In this document: piece by piece, positions 10,053 through 21,787 of the stretch
How the letters are laid out: every line of letters starts with the position of its first letter
Numbering within the stretch: the stretch's first letter is position 1
Assembly (NCBI GenBank): GCA_965205685.1
Contig: OZ242174.1
Coordinates: 141,406-205,405 of the forward strand
DNA length: 64,000 bases
Source of the DNA: Gammaproteobacteria bacterium
GTDB taxonomy: Bacteria; Pseudomonadota; Gammaproteobacteria; UBA4575
Reading direction: 5' to 3'
Translations under genes and position numbers: made by a program
Notes under the pieces: generated by a model
What the model saw: only the letters and a program-made list of their open reading frames with translations
Told to the model about the DNA's origin: nothing
The model's database searches: none

Positions 10053-10075
10053 ACGCCCCATAAAGGGGCGTTTTT
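10053..10075. terminator. Bidirectional rho-independent terminator between glnA and ntrB
   Basis: AAAAACGCCCC-ataaa-GGGGCGTTTTT: a perfect 7-bp GC-rich stem flanked by an A-tract and a T-tract, 30 nt downstream of the glnA stop. Confidence 0.55.
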
Positions 10076-10100
10076 CGGGGAAAGTTCGGGACCTCTGTGG

Positions 10101-11510
10101 CTAACAGCTGTAGTACATATCGAATTCGATCGGATGGGTGGACATGCGAAGGGCAGTCACCTCTTCCATCTTCAGTTCGATATAGCCATCGATCAGGTCA
10201 TCGGAGAACGCACCTCCGGCCTTGAGGAACTCCCGGTCGCCGTCCAGGGCCTCGAGGGCCTGATCCAGAGAAGCGCACACCGTGGGGATGTTGGCTTCTT
10301 CTTCGGGAGGCAGGTCATACAGGTCCTTGTCGATCGGGGCACCCGGGTCAATCTGGTTCTGGATTCCGTCAAGCCCGGCCAGCAGCATGGCTGCATAGGT
10401 CAGGTACGGATTGCCCGCAGAATCCGGGAAGCGGACCTCGATACGCCTCGCCTTGGCATTGGCCTCATGGGGGATCCGGATGGAAGCCGAACGGTTGCGG
10501 GCCGAGTAGGCCAGCATCACCGGGGCCTCAAAGCCCGGCACCAGGCGCTTGTAGCTGTTCGTGGTTGCATTTGAAAACGCATTGATCGCACGTGCGTGCT
10601 TGATGATGCCGCCGATGTAGTAGAACGCCGTTTGCGACATGCCGCCGTACATGTCCCCCGTAAACAGGTTGTCGCCATCCTTGAACAGGGACTGGTGCAC
10701 GTGCATGCCACTGCCGTTGTCACCGACAATCGGCTTCGGCATGAAGGTCGCGGTCTTGCCGTAATTGTGGGCAACATTCAGCACGACGTATTTCAGGATC
10801 TGGTTCCAGTCCGCACGCACGGTGAGGGTGTTGAAACGCGTGCCGATTTCACATTGCCCCGCGGTACCGACCTCATGGTGGTGGACTTCGACCATTACCC
10901 CCATCTGCGTGAGCACCTGGCACATGGCAGAGCGCACATCCTGCAGCGAGTCCACAGGAGGCACCGGGAAATAGCCGCCCTTCACACCCGGGCGATGACC
11001 GATATTGCCCTCTTCGTAGCCCTTGTTCGAATTCCACGCCGACTCTTCCGAGTCAATGGCGTACGAAGCGCCCGCCATTTCGTTGGTCCACTTGACATCA
11101 TCAAAAACAAAAAACTCGGGCTCGGGTCCGAAATAGGCAGTATCTGCAATGCCCGTGGATCGCAAATAGGCTTCAGCGCGCTTGGCAGCTGACCTTGGGT
11201 CACGGATATACCCTTCCATCGTAGATGGCTCGAGAACATCACAACGCAGGCTCAGGGTCGTGTCATTGTAAAACGGGTCGATCACCTCAGTGCCCAGATC
11301 GGGCATCAGTACCATGTCAGACTCATTGATGCCCTTCCAGCCGGAAATGGACGAACCATCGAACATCTTGCCGTTCTCGAAAAAATCTTCATCTACCACA
11401 GAGGCCGGGATAGAGACATGCTGCTCCTTTCCCCGGGTATCGGTGAAACGTAAATCAACGAACTGGACATCGTTATCCTTCATCATTTTGATAACATCGC
11501 TTGCGGACAT
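10101..11510 (-). CDS. glnA: Glutamine synthetase type I
   Basis: 469 aa, GSI-typical throughout, including the adenylylation-site region NLYDLPPEE. Confidence 0.95.
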   Translation of the reverse strand: MSASDVIKMMKDNDVQFVDLRFTDTRGKEQHVSIPASVVDEDFFENGKMFDGSSISGWKGINESDMVLMPDLGTEVIDPFYNDTTLSLRCDVLEPSTMEGYIRDPRSAAKRAEAYLRSTGIADTAYFGPEPEFFVFDDVKWTNEMAGASYAIDSEESAWNSNKGYEEGNIGHRPGVKGGYFPVPPVDSLQDVRSAMCQVLTQMGVMVEVHHHEVGTAGQCEIGTRFNTLTVRADWNQILKYVVLNVAHNYGKTATFMPKPIVGDNGSGMHVHQSLFKDGDNLFTGDMYGGMSQTAFYYIGGIIKHARAINAFSNATTNSYKRLVPGFEAPVMLAYSARNRSASIRIPHEANAKARRIEVRFPDSAGNPYLTYAAMLLAGLDGIQNQIDPGAPIDKDLYDLPPEEEANIPTVCASLDQALEALDGDREFLKAGGAFSDDLIDGYIELKMEEVTALRMSTHPIEFDMYYSC

Positions 11511-11597
11511 GAGTTCCTCCTTAGCTTACGAACTCGAACTGTTGTTTTTCTGATCGCGATTGGTGGCTACACACTTTCAGCGTCATGCGTAGGTTCA

Positions 11598-11613
11598 AGC
11601 ACAATGTGTGCCA
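11598..11613 (-). promoter_or_regulatory. Putative sigma-54 (-24/-12) promoter for glnA (glnAp2-like)
   Basis: The minus strand reads TGGCACacattGTGCT, with GG and GC elements at the correct 10-bp spacing, about 90 nt upstream of the glnA start. Confidence 0.5.
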
Positions 11614-11697
11614 ACACACCGTTTCTGCACTCCAACGGGGCCAGTGCGCATTATACTCAGGTTTTCAGCAATGGGCAGTGCAAGGGCGCCCCAGATT

Positions 11698-11735
11698 TGC
11701 ACCTTTTTAATGCAACAACACACCAAAAGAGTGCA
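11698..11735. promoter_or_regulatory. Two tandem NtrC-like enhancer half-palindromes upstream of the sigma-54 promoter
   Basis: TGCACCtttttaaTGCA (11698-11714) and CACACCAaaagaGTGCA (11719-11735) both approximate TGCACCA-N3-TGGTGCA. They lie 90-130 bp upstream of the -24/-12 element. Confidence 0.4.
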
Positions 11736-11984
11736 AATTTCCGACCGCAGCCCTTTCCCGGTCCCCGGCGCCTGTGCAAGCCCGCCTCATCCTATGATCG
11801 AATCTGAAAAGTGGCGCGCCCGGGTGTCCAGCGACACCGGCTTTTCACGCACCTGGGATGCGCCCGGCGATACATCAGGAAGAGAATTTTGGCCCGGGTC
11901 CAGCGCCGCGCTACAAATGACATGTAGCTCGGAATTGCCGGGTGCAGCAAGTATACTCATCCTGCACTCCACCTGTTCGAGACC

Positions 11985-12893
11985 ATGCCGCCAGCCAACA
12001 CCACATCGCTTCAGGACCTGATCGCCAGCCTGGAACAGTTCTGGGGCACTCAGGGCTGTGTGCTTGAGCAACCCTACGACATGGAAATGGGCGCCGGCTC
12101 GTTTCATCCCGGCACCTTCCTGCGTGCCATCGGTCCTGAACCCTGGCGCGCAGCCTATGTCCAGCCCTGCCGGCGACCGACCGACGGACGTTACGGAGAC
12201 AACCCGAACCGGCTGCAGCGTTACTTCCAGTTCCAGGTGGTGCTGAAACCGGCACCGGACCTCATCCAGGACCTGTACCTGCAATCGCTGACGGCACTCG
12301 GAATCGACCCGCTGGTCCACGACATCCGCTTCGTGGAAGACGACTGGGAATCGCCCACACTCGGCGCCTGGGGGCTGGGCTGGGAAGTCTGGCTGGATGG
12401 CATGGAGGTTTCACAGTTCACCTATTTCCAGCAGGTCGGGGGACAGGATTGCAGGCCGGTTACCGGGGAGATCACCTACGGGGTCGAACGCATTGCCATG
12501 TACCTGCAAGACGTGAACAGCGTGTATGACCTGGTGTGGACCCGCAGCGACGGGCGCACCATTACCTACGGGGACCTTTACCACCAGAACGAAGCCGAAC
12601 AGTCCGCATTCAATTTTGAACATGCCGATGCCAACCTGCTGTTTAAGGCGTTCGAATCCAGCGAACAGGAGTGCCGCAAGCTGATCGGGCTTGAGCTGCC
12701 GGTAGCTGCCTATGACCATGTCCTGAAGTGCTCGCACACCTTCAACCTTCTGGATGCCCGCCAGGTAATCTCCGTGACGGAACGCCAGCAGTACATTCTG
12801 CGAATTCGCAAGCTGGCGCAGGCAGTTGCTACGGCCCATCTTGCGCGTCGCGAAAAAATGGGTTTCCCGCTGCTGGAAGCTTCCACGTCATGA
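11985..12893 (+). CDS. glyQ: Glycine--tRNA ligase alpha subunit
   Basis: 302 aa, near-identical in pattern to GlyQ ([20 protein letters not shown]...[25 protein letters not shown]). Confidence 0.95.
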   Translation: MPPANTTSLQDLIASLEQFWGTQGCVLEQPYDMEMGAGSFHPGTFLRAIGPEPWRAAYVQPCRRPTDGRYGDNPNRLQRYFQFQVVLKPAPDLIQDLYLQSLTALGIDPLVHDIRFVEDDWESPTLGAWGLGWEVWLDGMEVSQFTYFQQVGGQDCRPVTGEITYGVERIAMYLQDVNSVYDLVWTRSDGRTITYGDLYHQNEAEQSAFNFEHADANLLFKAFESSEQECRKLIGLELPVAAYDHVLKCSHTFNLLDARQVISVTERQQYILRIRKLAQAVATAHLARREKMGFPLLEASTS

Positions 12894-14965
12894 CTGACAA
12901 GAAGGACCTGCTGGTCGAGCTTGGCACGGAAGACCTGCCTGCGCGGCTCGTGCTGTCACAGGCTACCGAACTGGGTGAGGTCCTTTGCGAACAACTCGCC
13001 GGGGCGGAACTGCGCTTTGGCGAACACCGGGTATTCTGCACCCCACGGCGCATGGCCGTGGTCGTGGAGCAACTCGATGCCCGCCAGCCAGACCGGTTGG
13101 TCGAGCGCTGGGGCCCGGCAAAAGCCATCGCTTTCGATGAAGCAGGCAACCCGACGGCGGCGGCCACCGGTTTTGCACGCTCCTGCAACATCGAAGTGGA
13201 TCAACTGCAGATCGAATCGAACTCCGGTGAGCCCAAGCTCGTGTTCCGGGAGCAGCGGGCAGGGCTTGAAACCCAGGCACTCTTGCCCGAGTTGCTGAAG
13301 GCCGTGTTCGGCAAGCTTTCGGTCCGCAAGCGCATGCGCTGGAATGCGGGTGAGGACGAGTTCATTCGGCCGGTGCGCTGGCTGACAGTCCTGTACGGCA
13401 CCGAAATCGTATCGGCCCGTGCATTTGGCTTGGCCGGTGGCGGCGTGACCTACGGCCACCGGTTTCACAGCCCGAAGGCAATCAAGATCCCGCAACCTTC
13501 GCATTACAACCGGCTGCTTGAAACCGAAGGACACGTACTTGCCGATTTTTCTGCGCGACAGGAAGAAATTCTCAACCAGGTAAGCGCACTTGCAACCCGT
13601 GCCAAGGCAGAACCGGTTTACACGCAGGCTCTGCTGAATGAGATCACCGGGCTGGTGGAATGGCCACAGGCCCTGCTGGGCGAGTTCGACCCGCGTTTTC
13701 TGGAAGTGCCCCGAGAAGTGCTAATCATCACCATGCAGGATAAACAAAAATACATTCCCCTGGTCGACCAGACGGGGATGTTGCTGCCGAGATTCATTAT
13801 GCTCAGCAACATCGACAGCGCGGCCCCGGAGCAGGTTCGTCTGGGAAATGAGAAGGTGATCGTGCCACGCTTCGAGGATGCCAGCTTTTTCTGGCAGCGT
13901 GATCTCGCCCGGGAGCTGGAATCCCGGCTGGATGCCCTGAAGGATGTGGTTTTCGAGAAAGAGCTCGGCAGCCTGCATGACAAGACCCTGCGCACCTGCC
14001 AATTGGCCGAAGCGATCGGCGAGGAGCTCGGTGCTGACCTGCAGACCTGCCAGCGTGCCGCCCGTCTCAGTAAATGCGATTTGCTCACCGAAATCGTCAC
14101 GGAACTTCCCGAAATGCAGGGCATTGCCGGTCGCTACATGGCCTTGCATGATGGAGAAGAGCCCGCAGTTGCACTGGCGATCGAGGAACAGTATCTGCCA
14201 CACCAAGCCGGCGGGGTATTGCCAAGGAGTGTCCCTGGCCAGGTTCTTGCCATTGCCGACAAGCTGGATACCCTGGTCGGAATCTTTGCCATCGGCAAAA
14301 AGCCGACCGGCCTGAAGGATCCCTATGGTTTGCGGCGAGCAGCACTCGGCGTATTGCGCATCCTGGTCGAGACGGAACTGAACATCGATTTGCCATCAGC
14401 CCTGAAACGGGCCGGCGGTCTTTTCCCGGGAAAGCTGGCCACCGATGCAGTTATCTGTGAAGTGCACGAATACATGATCAAGCGCCTGTACGCCTACTTT
14501 TCGGCACAGGATGTGGCACACGATGTCATTGATGCGGTGCTTGCGAACCGGCCAGCCAGTCCCTTCGACATTGCAACGCGCATTGATGCCGTGGCCCGCT
14601 TTCGAAAGCTGGAGGATGCAGCGCGCCTGGCCGCGGCCAACAAGCGCATTCGCAACATCCTGAAAAAAACCGCCGGCGCCACGCAGGGGGCCGTGCAAAA
14701 AGAGCTGCTCAGGCAGGATGCTGAAACTGACCTGTACACGGCCATCGAAGCGATGTCTCGCGACGTCGAGGATCTTTTTCACCAGCGCCAATACGAGCAG
14801 GCATTGCGCAAACTTGCCGGCCTACGCCAGCCGATTGACTCATTTTTCGATCACGTCATGGTGATGGACGATGATGAAGCGCTCAAAACCAACCGGATCG
14901 CGCTGCTCGCGAGAATCGATGCCCTGTTCATGCACGTGGCCGATTTCTCGCGGCTGCAATCCTGA
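12890..14965 (+). CDS. glyS: Glycine--tRNA ligase beta subunit
   Basis: Starts [17 protein letters not shown] at an ATGA overlap with the glyQ stop. The ORF-track ORF from 12728 overlaps glyQ and was trimmed. Confidence 0.9.
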   Translation: MTDKKDLLVELGTEDLPARLVLSQATELGEVLCEQLAGAELRFGEHRVFCTPRRMAVVVEQLDARQPDRLVERWGPAKAIAFDEAGNPTAAATGFARSCNIEVDQLQIESNSGEPKLVFREQRAGLETQALLPELLKAVFGKLSVRKRMRWNAGEDEFIRPVRWLTVLYGTEIVSARAFGLAGGGVTYGHRFHSPKAIKIPQPSHYNRLLETEGHVLADFSARQEEILNQVSALATRAKAEPVYTQALLNEITGLVEWPQALLGEFDPRFLEVPREVLIITMQDKQKYIPLVDQTGMLLPRFIMLSNIDSAAPEQVRLGNEKVIVPRFEDASFFWQRDLARELESRLDALKDVVFEKELGSLHDKTLRTCQLAEAIGEELGADLQTCQRAARLSKCDLLTEIVTELPEMQGIAGRYMALHDGEEPAVALAIEEQYLPHQAGGVLPRSVPGQVLAIADKLDTLVGIFAIGKKPTGLKDPYGLRRAALGVLRILVETELNIDLPSALKRAGGLFPGKLATDAVICEVHEYMIKRLYAYFSAQDVAHDVIDAVLANRPASPFDIATRIDAVARFRKLEDAARLAAANKRIRNILKKTAGATQGAVQKELLRQDAETDLYTAIEAMSRDVEDLFHQRQYEQALRKLAGLRQPIDSFFDHVMVMDDDEALKTNRIALLARIDALFMHVADFSRLQS

Positions 14966-14976
14966 GACCCGTTACG

Positions 14977-15522
14977 ATGAGTACACTGAAAGTTGTTGTG
15001 CTGGACCGTGACGGTGTCATCAACGAAGACTCGGATGAATTTATCAAGTCTCCCGAGGAGTGGGTCGCGATCGAGGGCAGCCTTGAGGCCATCACCCGCC
15101 TGAACCACGCCAAGGTCAAGGTCTTCATCGCCTCCAACCAGTCAGGCATCGCCCGCAAGCTGCTGGATTACGACGTCCTGAACCAGATTCACAGGAAAAT
15201 GATGTCGGAACTTGCCCGTTGCGGCGGCCATGTAGACGGAATTTTCATCTGTCCACACCTGAAGGGGGAATGCCGCAAGCCCAACCCGGGGATGCTGGCT
15301 GAAATCGAGCAGCGTTGCGGGCTGCCCCTGAAGCAGGCACCGATGATCGGCGATTCGCTGCGTGACATCGAGGCGGCCCTGGCCTACGGGCTAGAGCCCA
15401 TTCTGGTACGGACCGGCAACGGCTCGGTGACTTCACGCAGCACGCAACTGCCTCGCGACCTGCTGGTTTTCGAGGACCTGGCGGAAGCCGCGAATTTCCT
15501 GCTCGCCCGAAGCTCCGACTGA
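14977..15522 (+). CDS. gmhB: D-glycero-beta-D-manno-heptose-1,7-bisphosphate 7-phosphatase (HAD family)
   Basis: 181 aa with HAD motif I (VLDRDGVIN) and GmhB-like sequence. It lies downstream of glyQS, as in many gammaproteobacteria. Confidence 0.85.
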   Translation: MSTLKVVVLDRDGVINEDSDEFIKSPEEWVAIEGSLEAITRLNHAKVKVFIASNQSGIARKLLDYDVLNQIHRKMMSELARCGGHVDGIFICPHLKGECRKPNPGMLAEIEQRCGLPLKQAPMIGDSLRDIEAALAYGLEPILVRTGNGSVTSRSTQLPRDLLVFEDLAEAANFLLARSSD

Positions 15523-15575
15523 ATCGCAGGCAACCATGGAAGACCCGGGGGCACCCATCCCGGTGCAAACAGGCC

Positions 15576-16610
15576 TCAGGGACAGGGGTTGGACCGGTGG
15601 TTGTGAAGCTGCTCGATGTCCTCCATCACTTCCTCGGAAAGAGTCAGGTCAATGCTACCGATGTCCTCTTCGAGTTGCTGCAGGCTGGTAGCCCCGATGA
15701 TATTGGATGCAACGAACGGCTGAGAATTGACGAATGCCAGGGCCATCTGGGCCGGCGTGTAGCCGTTCTTGTGGGCCAGCTCCACATAGGCCCGCGTGGC
15801 TTCCACGGCCACATCACTGGTGTAGCGGTCGAAGTACGTGTAACGGGTCAGGCGGGCATCGGCGGGCGCCTTGCCATCCAGGTATTTGCCTGAAAGCACC
15901 CCGAACCCCAGGGGGGAATAGGCCAGCAGTCCGATATTCTCGCGATGGGAGATTTCTGCCAGACCGATTTCATACGTACGGTTCAGCAAGCTGTATGGGT
16001 TCTGCACACTGACCACGCCGGGCCAGTCATGGACCCGTGCCAGGGACTGGTACTGCATGACCCCCCACGGGGTTTCATTGCTGACCCCGACATACCGGAC
16101 CTTGCCCTGCTCCACAGCCTTGGCGAGGCAGGCATAGGTTTCCTCGATCGGAGTCGCGGATTCTTCAGGGTCAGATTCATAGCCAAGCTTGCCAAAGAAA
16201 TTGGTATTCCTTGCCGGCCAGTGCACCTGGTAGAGGTCGATACAGTCCGTCTGCAGGCGCTTGAGGCTCGCCTCGAGTGCTGCCTCGATGTGATCCGGGG
16301 TCAGCTGCGGGCCATCGCGCAGATACGCCATCATGCCCGGACCGGCCACCTTGGAAGCCAGAATGACATCGTTGCGTCTGCCGCTTTTCTTGAGCCAGGT
16401 GCCGATGTACTGCTCGGTACGGCCCTGTGTCTCCTCACGGCACGGCACCGGGTACATCTCCGCGGTATCAATAAAATTGACGCCGTGGGCCAGCGCACAG
16501 TCAAGCTGGTCGTGGGCTTCGGATTCTGTGTTCTGCTCACCGAAGGTCATGGTCCCCAGACAGATCCTGCTGACGTTCAGTTCAGAATTGCCAAGCGGTG
16601 CGTACTGCAT
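15576..16610 (-). CDS. Aldo/keto reductase (Tas-like NADP-dependent oxidoreductase)
   Basis: 344 aa with AKR-typical sequence (LGTMTFGEQNTESEAHDQLDCALAHGVNFIDTAEMY...). Confidence 0.85.
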   Translation of the reverse strand: MQYAPLGNSELNVSRICLGTMTFGEQNTESEAHDQLDCALAHGVNFIDTAEMYPVPCREETQGRTEQYIGTWLKKSGRRNDVILASKVAGPGMMAYLRDGPQLTPDHIEAALEASLKRLQTDCIDLYQVHWPARNTNFFGKLGYESDPEESATPIEETYACLAKAVEQGKVRYVGVSNETPWGVMQYQSLARVHDWPGVVSVQNPYSLLNRTYEIGLAEISHRENIGLLAYSPLGFGVLSGKYLDGKAPADARLTRYTYFDRYTSDVAVEATRAYVELAHKNGYTPAQMALAFVNSQPFVASNIIGATSLQQLEEDIGSIDLTLSEEVMEDIEQLHNHRSNPCP

Positions 16611-16617
16611 ATGCGAT

Positions 16618-17739
16618 TCAGGTGAAGAGTGTCAGGACACCCGTGTAGCCGTACAGGCGGTTGTGAAAAATCTCGCCGTTGGCAAAAAATCCGACCAGCG
16701 GGAAATCTCCCAAGGTATCCTGGATCATTTTAAGTTCTTCGGAATTTTCGCCAAACTGATAGCGGCCTCTGCCCAGGCAGGTGTAGTATACCCCGCCTCT
16801 CGGGCTGTCCTGCATGCGGGACTTCATGGTGCCCAGCATGCGCAGCATGTCCTCGCGTGCACTGTTTCCGTCGCGCCTGCATACCATGAACTTGCTGCCT
16901 TCATAGAGATAGTCTCCCACCGCGATGATCTTTTCCTGCTCATCAATACCGATGATGTTGCGCACCAGATAGTCACCTGTATCCGAATACTCAATGGGCA
17001 GGCCGGCAAAGATATAGCCCGCGATTTTGTGCAGGTCCTTGGCCAGCACCTCGCCGATGTCCTCGCGGAATACATCCAGAGCAGGTCGATGGTCGAGTTC
17101 GATCAGCAGGTTGCGGTCTGCTTTTGTAATCACATGCTGCATGTCCAGTGGCGTGCACCCTTGCGTGTGGCCAACGACGGTGCTGACCTGCGGTGAGAAA
17201 AAGATGCCGGATATGCTTCCGTTGACCACGTCCCGGGCAATCTGGTGATTCTGGAAATTCGAGGAAGTCAGCCCTCCCACCAGGTAGGCGTTGGGCACGG
17301 CCTCGGAAATCTTCTCGATCAGGCTCGGGGTGGCCGGGTTGCTGGGATCGCCGTGGATGATCCCGACATGCGGCAATTCTTCCTTGCAGTAGCTGGTGAC
17401 CTGCTCAAGCAGTTGCTCCTCGTTTGGACTCTTGCCACCAATGATGGAAAAATCCCGGGCCTCCAAGTCTGCCAGCATGATCACCAGGGCCGCCTGGTCG
17501 TAGTATTCGCAGCCGGTGCTGCAAAGCCCGACGCCCACAGTTCCTACCCAGTCCTGGACTCCGGTTTCCTGCTTCAGCCGGCCGACGATATCCTCCAGAT
17601 CGTTGCACAGGCTGTCACTGGCATACAGGAATCCCAGCCGGAACTTGCCGCGAACGTCACCAAGCTGGCGCAGGCAGTCATTGACCAGTTCGCGCGAGGA
17701 CTGGTCCGATGCGGTCGCGAATTGAAAGGGTTCAGCCAT
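16618..17739 (-). CDS. FIST-domain signal-transduction protein
   Basis: 373 aa with FIST-N and FIST-C domains. The C-terminus GFFANGEIFHNRLYGYTGVLTLF matches the FIST-C signature. Confidence 0.7.
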   Translation of the reverse strand: MAEPFQFATASDQSSRELVNDCLRQLGDVRGKFRLGFLYASDSLCNDLEDIVGRLKQETGVQDWVGTVGVGLCSTGCEYYDQAALVIMLADLEARDFSIIGGKSPNEEQLLEQVTSYCKEELPHVGIIHGDPSNPATPSLIEKISEAVPNAYLVGGLTSSNFQNHQIARDVVNGSISGIFFSPQVSTVVGHTQGCTPLDMQHVITKADRNLLIELDHRPALDVFREDIGEVLAKDLHKIAGYIFAGLPIEYSDTGDYLVRNIIGIDEQEKIIAVGDYLYEGSKFMVCRRDGNSAREDMLRMLGTMKSRMQDSPRGGVYYTCLGRGRYQFGENSEELKMIQDTLGDFPLVGFFANGEIFHNRLYGYTGVLTLFT

Positions 17740-18389
17740 GTGCCTGATTCGAGCTGCACGGACAGGGAAAAGCCGATGGGGAAGAGACGGGTTGCGCCTC
17801 CCGGGCGATTTTCGACGGACGCCTTAGGCCAGTACGTGCGAACACCGTTTGCACCTCCTCCACAGGTTCCCCAAGTGCCTGATGGTACTGCACAGAATAT
17901 CACGATATGTGACACCTTGCGGGTGCTTCACACACCCGTCCGCTGGCAAACGCGGTGGCGGGGTCCCTGAACACCCTTCCATCGAAGCCAGGATGCCGCA
18001 TGTGCCTGATCTTCAGAAAGGCACGATCCTGTGGCGGCGGGCGACTCGGTGGGCTTGAGCGTCAGCTTGGAAACCCCCCGTATCAGACTACATTCTGCTG
18101 TGGCCTGTAACTTAACTTTCACACACATATTTTCGTATAATTGGGGATGCCGTTTTCCCGGATACTAGATGAACTCCACGACCGGCCTTAGTAAGGAGAA
18201 TCCTGACTGTTCCATGGAGTGCAAGTGAACACATCGGTGCCCGGGGCCATCGTGCTCAGGAACCCAGATGACTGCATACCATGCAGGATGTGCCTGATGC
18301 CGCGATACGGGTTGCAGCAATACACCCTCCATGCATATACCCAGTGAGCGTGGTGCTGAAGGACAGACCGGTGTGACCAGGAGGATCCG

Positions 18390-20189
18390 TTGATCACAGC
18401 CCAGCAATACACCCACGAATTTATAAGCCGGTTCGTGCCCTACCTGAACTGGATCCACGAACTCAAGGATCCGTCGACCATATGGAAAGACTGTGTGGCC
18501 GGCCTGACGGTCGCACTGGTGCTGATTCCCCAGTCCATGGCCTACGCTCAACTTGCCGGGCTGCCTCCCTACTACGGCCTGTATGCCTCCTTCCTGCCGG
18601 TGATCGTGGCCTCGGCGTTCGGCTCCTCCCGGCAACTGCAGACCGGGCCCGTTGCCGTGGTCTCGCTGATGACTGCGGCCGCACTGGAACCTCTGGCCGC
18701 GGCGGACCCCGAAGGTTTTCTCGTGTATGCGGCCCTGCTGGCAATCCTGGTGGGGGTGTTCCAGATGTCACTGGGCCTGTTGCGGCTCGGGGTACTGGTG
18801 GACTTTCTCTCGCATCCGGTCGTCGTCGGCTTTACCAATGCCGCGGCCATCATCATAGCGACCTCGCAACTGTCCAAGCTTTTCGGGGTCACTGCAGAGA
18901 CGGGGCATCTTTTTTACGTCACGATCTGGAACGTGCTGGTTGAGGCCTCCCAGCACACGCATTTCCCGACCCTCGCCATGGGTACCGCGGCACTGCTCAT
19001 CATTTTCGGACTCCGCCACTACGCTCCAAAAGTGCCGAGCGTGCTGATCGCCGTCGTTGTGACCAGCATCGTTTCCTTACTGATCGATTATGAGGGCCTC
19101 GGCGGGCAGGTCGTGGGGCACGTGCCAGCCGGCCTGCCCGCCCTTTCCGTACCGGATGTCGACATGGCCATCGCTGCAAGCCTGATCGGCAAGGCTATCG
19201 TCATTGCCGTGATCGGGTACATGGAGGCCATCTCGATTGCCAAGGCCATCGCCGTGCAGACCCGACAGCGTATCGATGCCAACCAGGGCCTGGTCGGACA
19301 GGGTCTGGGAAACATCATCTCGGGCCTGTCCGGGGCCTACCCGGTAGCCGGATCCTTCTCGCGTTCTGCGGTCAACATGAGCGCAGGCGCCAAAACCGGA
19401 TTTGCCGCGATCGTGACCGGACTCATCGTTGCGGGCTCGCTGATTCTTCTGCACGCTGCCCAGTACCTGTACTACCTGCCACAGGCCACCCTGGCGGCCG
19501 TGATCATCTCGGCCGTGGTCAACCTGATCCGGATCAAGCAAATCAAGTATGCACTTCGTGTGCATCCCCATGACGGAATCATCGCGATCCTGACTTTCGT
19601 GCTGACCCTGGCCCTAGCCCCGCACCTGGAACAAAGTATTCTGATCGGGGTGGTTTTGTCGCTGGGCCTTTTCATCTACCGCACCATGCATCCTCACATT
19701 TCGGTGCTGTCGCGTCATTCTGACGGCACCCTGCGGGATGCCGAGGCCAACATCCTCAAGACCTGCCCGAAGATTTCCATACTGCGCTTCGAGGGACCGC
19801 TGTTTTTTGCCAGCGCGATGTACTTCGAAGCCAAGATCCTGGAGCGTGTGGCGGCCAAGCCGGAACTGAAGTTCATTATCATCGATGCCGAGGCCATTAC
19901 CGATGTCGATGCCACCGGGGAGGACATGCTGCACCAGCTGTCGTTGCGCCTCGCCGCACTGGACGTCCGTCTGGTGTTTGCGCGCACCAAGCGTCAGGTC
20001 ATGGACGTATTCGTGCGCACAGGCTTTGCCGGCCCCGACTGGCTGGATCATTTTTATCGCAAGGACGAGCGCGCCATCGAATTTGCCTGGAAAAACATCC
20101 AGCACTGTGAAAAAGACGTGTGTCCGCTGGCCTGGGGAAGCGAGTGTCCGGCCCGGCACATGCATCTGGACAAGCCGAAAAAAACCTAG
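18390..20189 (+). CDS. SulP-family anion (sulfate/bicarbonate) permease with C-terminal STAS domain
   Basis: 599 aa polytopic membrane protein. It has the SulP signature region and a STAS domain at the C-terminus. Apparent TTG start preceded by AGGAGGA. Confidence 0.85.
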   Translation: MITAQQYTHEFISRFVPYLNWIHELKDPSTIWKDCVAGLTVALVLIPQSMAYAQLAGLPPYYGLYASFLPVIVASAFGSSRQLQTGPVAVVSLMTAAALEPLAAADPEGFLVYAALLAILVGVFQMSLGLLRLGVLVDFLSHPVVVGFTNAAAIIIATSQLSKLFGVTAETGHLFYVTIWNVLVEASQHTHFPTLAMGTAALLIIFGLRHYAPKVPSVLIAVVVTSIVSLLIDYEGLGGQVVGHVPAGLPALSVPDVDMAIAASLIGKAIVIAVIGYMEAISIAKAIAVQTRQRIDANQGLVGQGLGNIISGLSGAYPVAGSFSRSAVNMSAGAKTGFAAIVTGLIVAGSLILLHAAQYLYYLPQATLAAVIISAVVNLIRIKQIKYALRVHPHDGIIAILTFVLTLALAPHLEQSILIGVVLSLGLFIYRTMHPHISVLSRHSDGTLRDAEANILKTCPKISILRFEGPLFFASAMYFEAKILERVAAKPELKFIIIDAEAITDVDATGEDMLHQLSLRLAALDVRLVFARTKRQVMDVFVRTGFAGPDWLDHFYRKDERAIEFAWKNIQHCEKDVCPLAWGSECPARHMHLDKPKKT

Positions 20190-20875
20190 CGAAGCTTGCG
20201 GTACACCTGCGCGAAGACCCGGTGACCAAGGCGACGCCCACGGCGCTCGAACTTGGTGGAAGGCCGCTTGCTAATCAGGGTGGAATTTGAGGTTTTCTCA
20301 AACACCTCGCAGCTGTCCAGCACGGTCTTGATGTGTTCCGCGTATGGCGCCCAGTCCGTGGCAAGGCTCAGCTCACCCCCTGCCTGCAGTTTTTCAGCCA
20401 ACAGCCGGACAAATTGCGGCTGTAGCAGGCGCCGCTTGTGATGGCGTCGTTTGGGCCAGGGATCGGGGAACCAGATCAGCACCGCCGCCAGACTAGCAGG
20501 TGCAATCTGCTCACGCAGCACGTCCACGGCATCCCTGTGTATCACACGAACATTCTCAAGCTGCCTTGCAGCAATCTTTTGCAGCAAGGCCCCCACCCCG
20601 GGCCGGTAGACCTCGACGCCCAGGAAGTTCAGGTGCGGATGGTCGCAGGCCAGCTGCGCCAGGGCTTCCCCGTTGCCGAAGCCGATGTCCAGCACCACCG
20701 GTTGCGGCTTGGTAAAAAGGGTCTGCACATCCTGCGGTGCGCCTGCTACATCCACACCGTACACCGGCCAGTAATTCCTGAACGCCGCGCGCTGGCTTTT
20801 CGTAAAGCGCCCTTCGCGCAGGACGTAGCTGCGAATGGGTGGCGGAGTCTGCTGCAACCGGAACGATGGGGTCAA
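20186..20875 (-). CDS. trmB: tRNA (guanine-N7)-methyltransferase
   Basis: 229 aa with a SAM-binding motif ([12 protein letters not shown]) and TrmB-typical sequence. Confidence 0.9.
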   Translation of the reverse strand: MTPSFRLQQTPPPIRSYVLREGRFTKSQRAAFRNYWPVYGVDVAGAPQDVQTLFTKPQPVVLDIGFGNGEALAQLACDHPHLNFLGVEVYRPGVGALLQKIAARQLENVRVIHRDAVDVLREQIAPASLAAVLIWFPDPWPKRRHHKRRLLQPQFVRLLAEKLQAGGELSLATDWAPYAEHIKTVLDSCEVFEKTSNSTLISKRPSTKFERRGRRLGHRVFAQVYRKLR

Positions 20876-21690
20876 GAGATGACGTCCTCCGCAGGGGAGG
20901 ATGCCGATGCATGGCGGCGCTTGGGCATGCGCCCTGCGAGGAAGGCCTGGCGTCCGGCCACCACCGCATGACGCATGGCCTCGGCCATCTGGACCGGGTC
21001 CCGGGCCATGGCGATTGCGGTATTCATCAGCACACCGTCACAGCCGAGTTCCATGGCAACCGCAGCGTCCGAAGCCGTGCCCACACCAGCATCCACCAGA
21101 ATGGGAACCCCGGCGTTCTCGACAATATCGAGGATATTCCCCGGGTTGCGGATCCCAAGGCCCGAGCCGATCGGGGCCGCCAGCGGCATGACTGCAACAC
21201 AGCCCATGGCTTCGAGTTGCCGGGCAATTACCGGATCGTCATTGGTGTACACCATGACCTGAAAGTCTTCCTTGATCAGGGTGTCGGCAGCCCTCAGGGT
21301 GTCGACGACATTCGGATACAGGGTTTTCTCGTCCCCCAACACCTCGAGCTTGACCAGCGCGTGCCCGTCCAGCAACTCGCGGGCCAGTCGGCAGGTGCGG
21401 ATCGCTTCCTTGGCGCTGTAGCAACCGGCCGTGTTGGGCAGGAGCGTGAACTGTTCAGGGGAGATGACATCCAGCAGATTGGGTGCATCCTTGTCTTGCC
21501 CGATGTTGGTTCTTCGTATCGCGACGGTCACGATCTGTGCACCGCTTGCAACGACCGCATCACGGGTTTGCTGCAAATCCTTGTATTTCCCAGTTCCAAC
21601 CAGAAGACGGGAGTGGTAGGACTTGCCGGCGACCACGAGCGTATCGGCTTTTTCGCAGGCAAGGTCGCCTGCAGTAGGGTTCGCAATCAT
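20872..21690 (-). CDS. thiG: Thiazole synthase
   Basis: 272 aa, ThiG-typical throughout (GTGKYKD..., [16 protein letters not shown]...). Confidence 0.9.
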   Translation of the reverse strand: MIANPTAGDLACEKADTLVVAGKSYHSRLLVGTGKYKDLQQTRDAVVASGAQIVTVAIRRTNIGQDKDAPNLLDVISPEQFTLLPNTAGCYSAKEAIRTCRLARELLDGHALVKLEVLGDEKTLYPNVVDTLRAADTLIKEDFQVMVYTNDDPVIARQLEAMGCVAVMPLAAPIGSGLGIRNPGNILDIVENAGVPILVDAGVGTASDAAVAMELGCDGVLMNTAIAMARDPVQMAEAMRHAVVAGRQAFLAGRMPKRRHASASSPAEDVIS

Positions 21691-21787
21691 GGGGCTGTAC
21701 GTATGCTCTCTCGGGTTATTGGTTCAACGGCACGCATTAATCATAGCACTGCTCTCGCAGGTGCTATTTGCGTTCTACGGTAGGAGG

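Noticed and set aside
8815-10104. 429-aa plus-strand ORF
   Set aside because: Antisense to ntrB and to the glnA-ntrB spacer. No domain signal.
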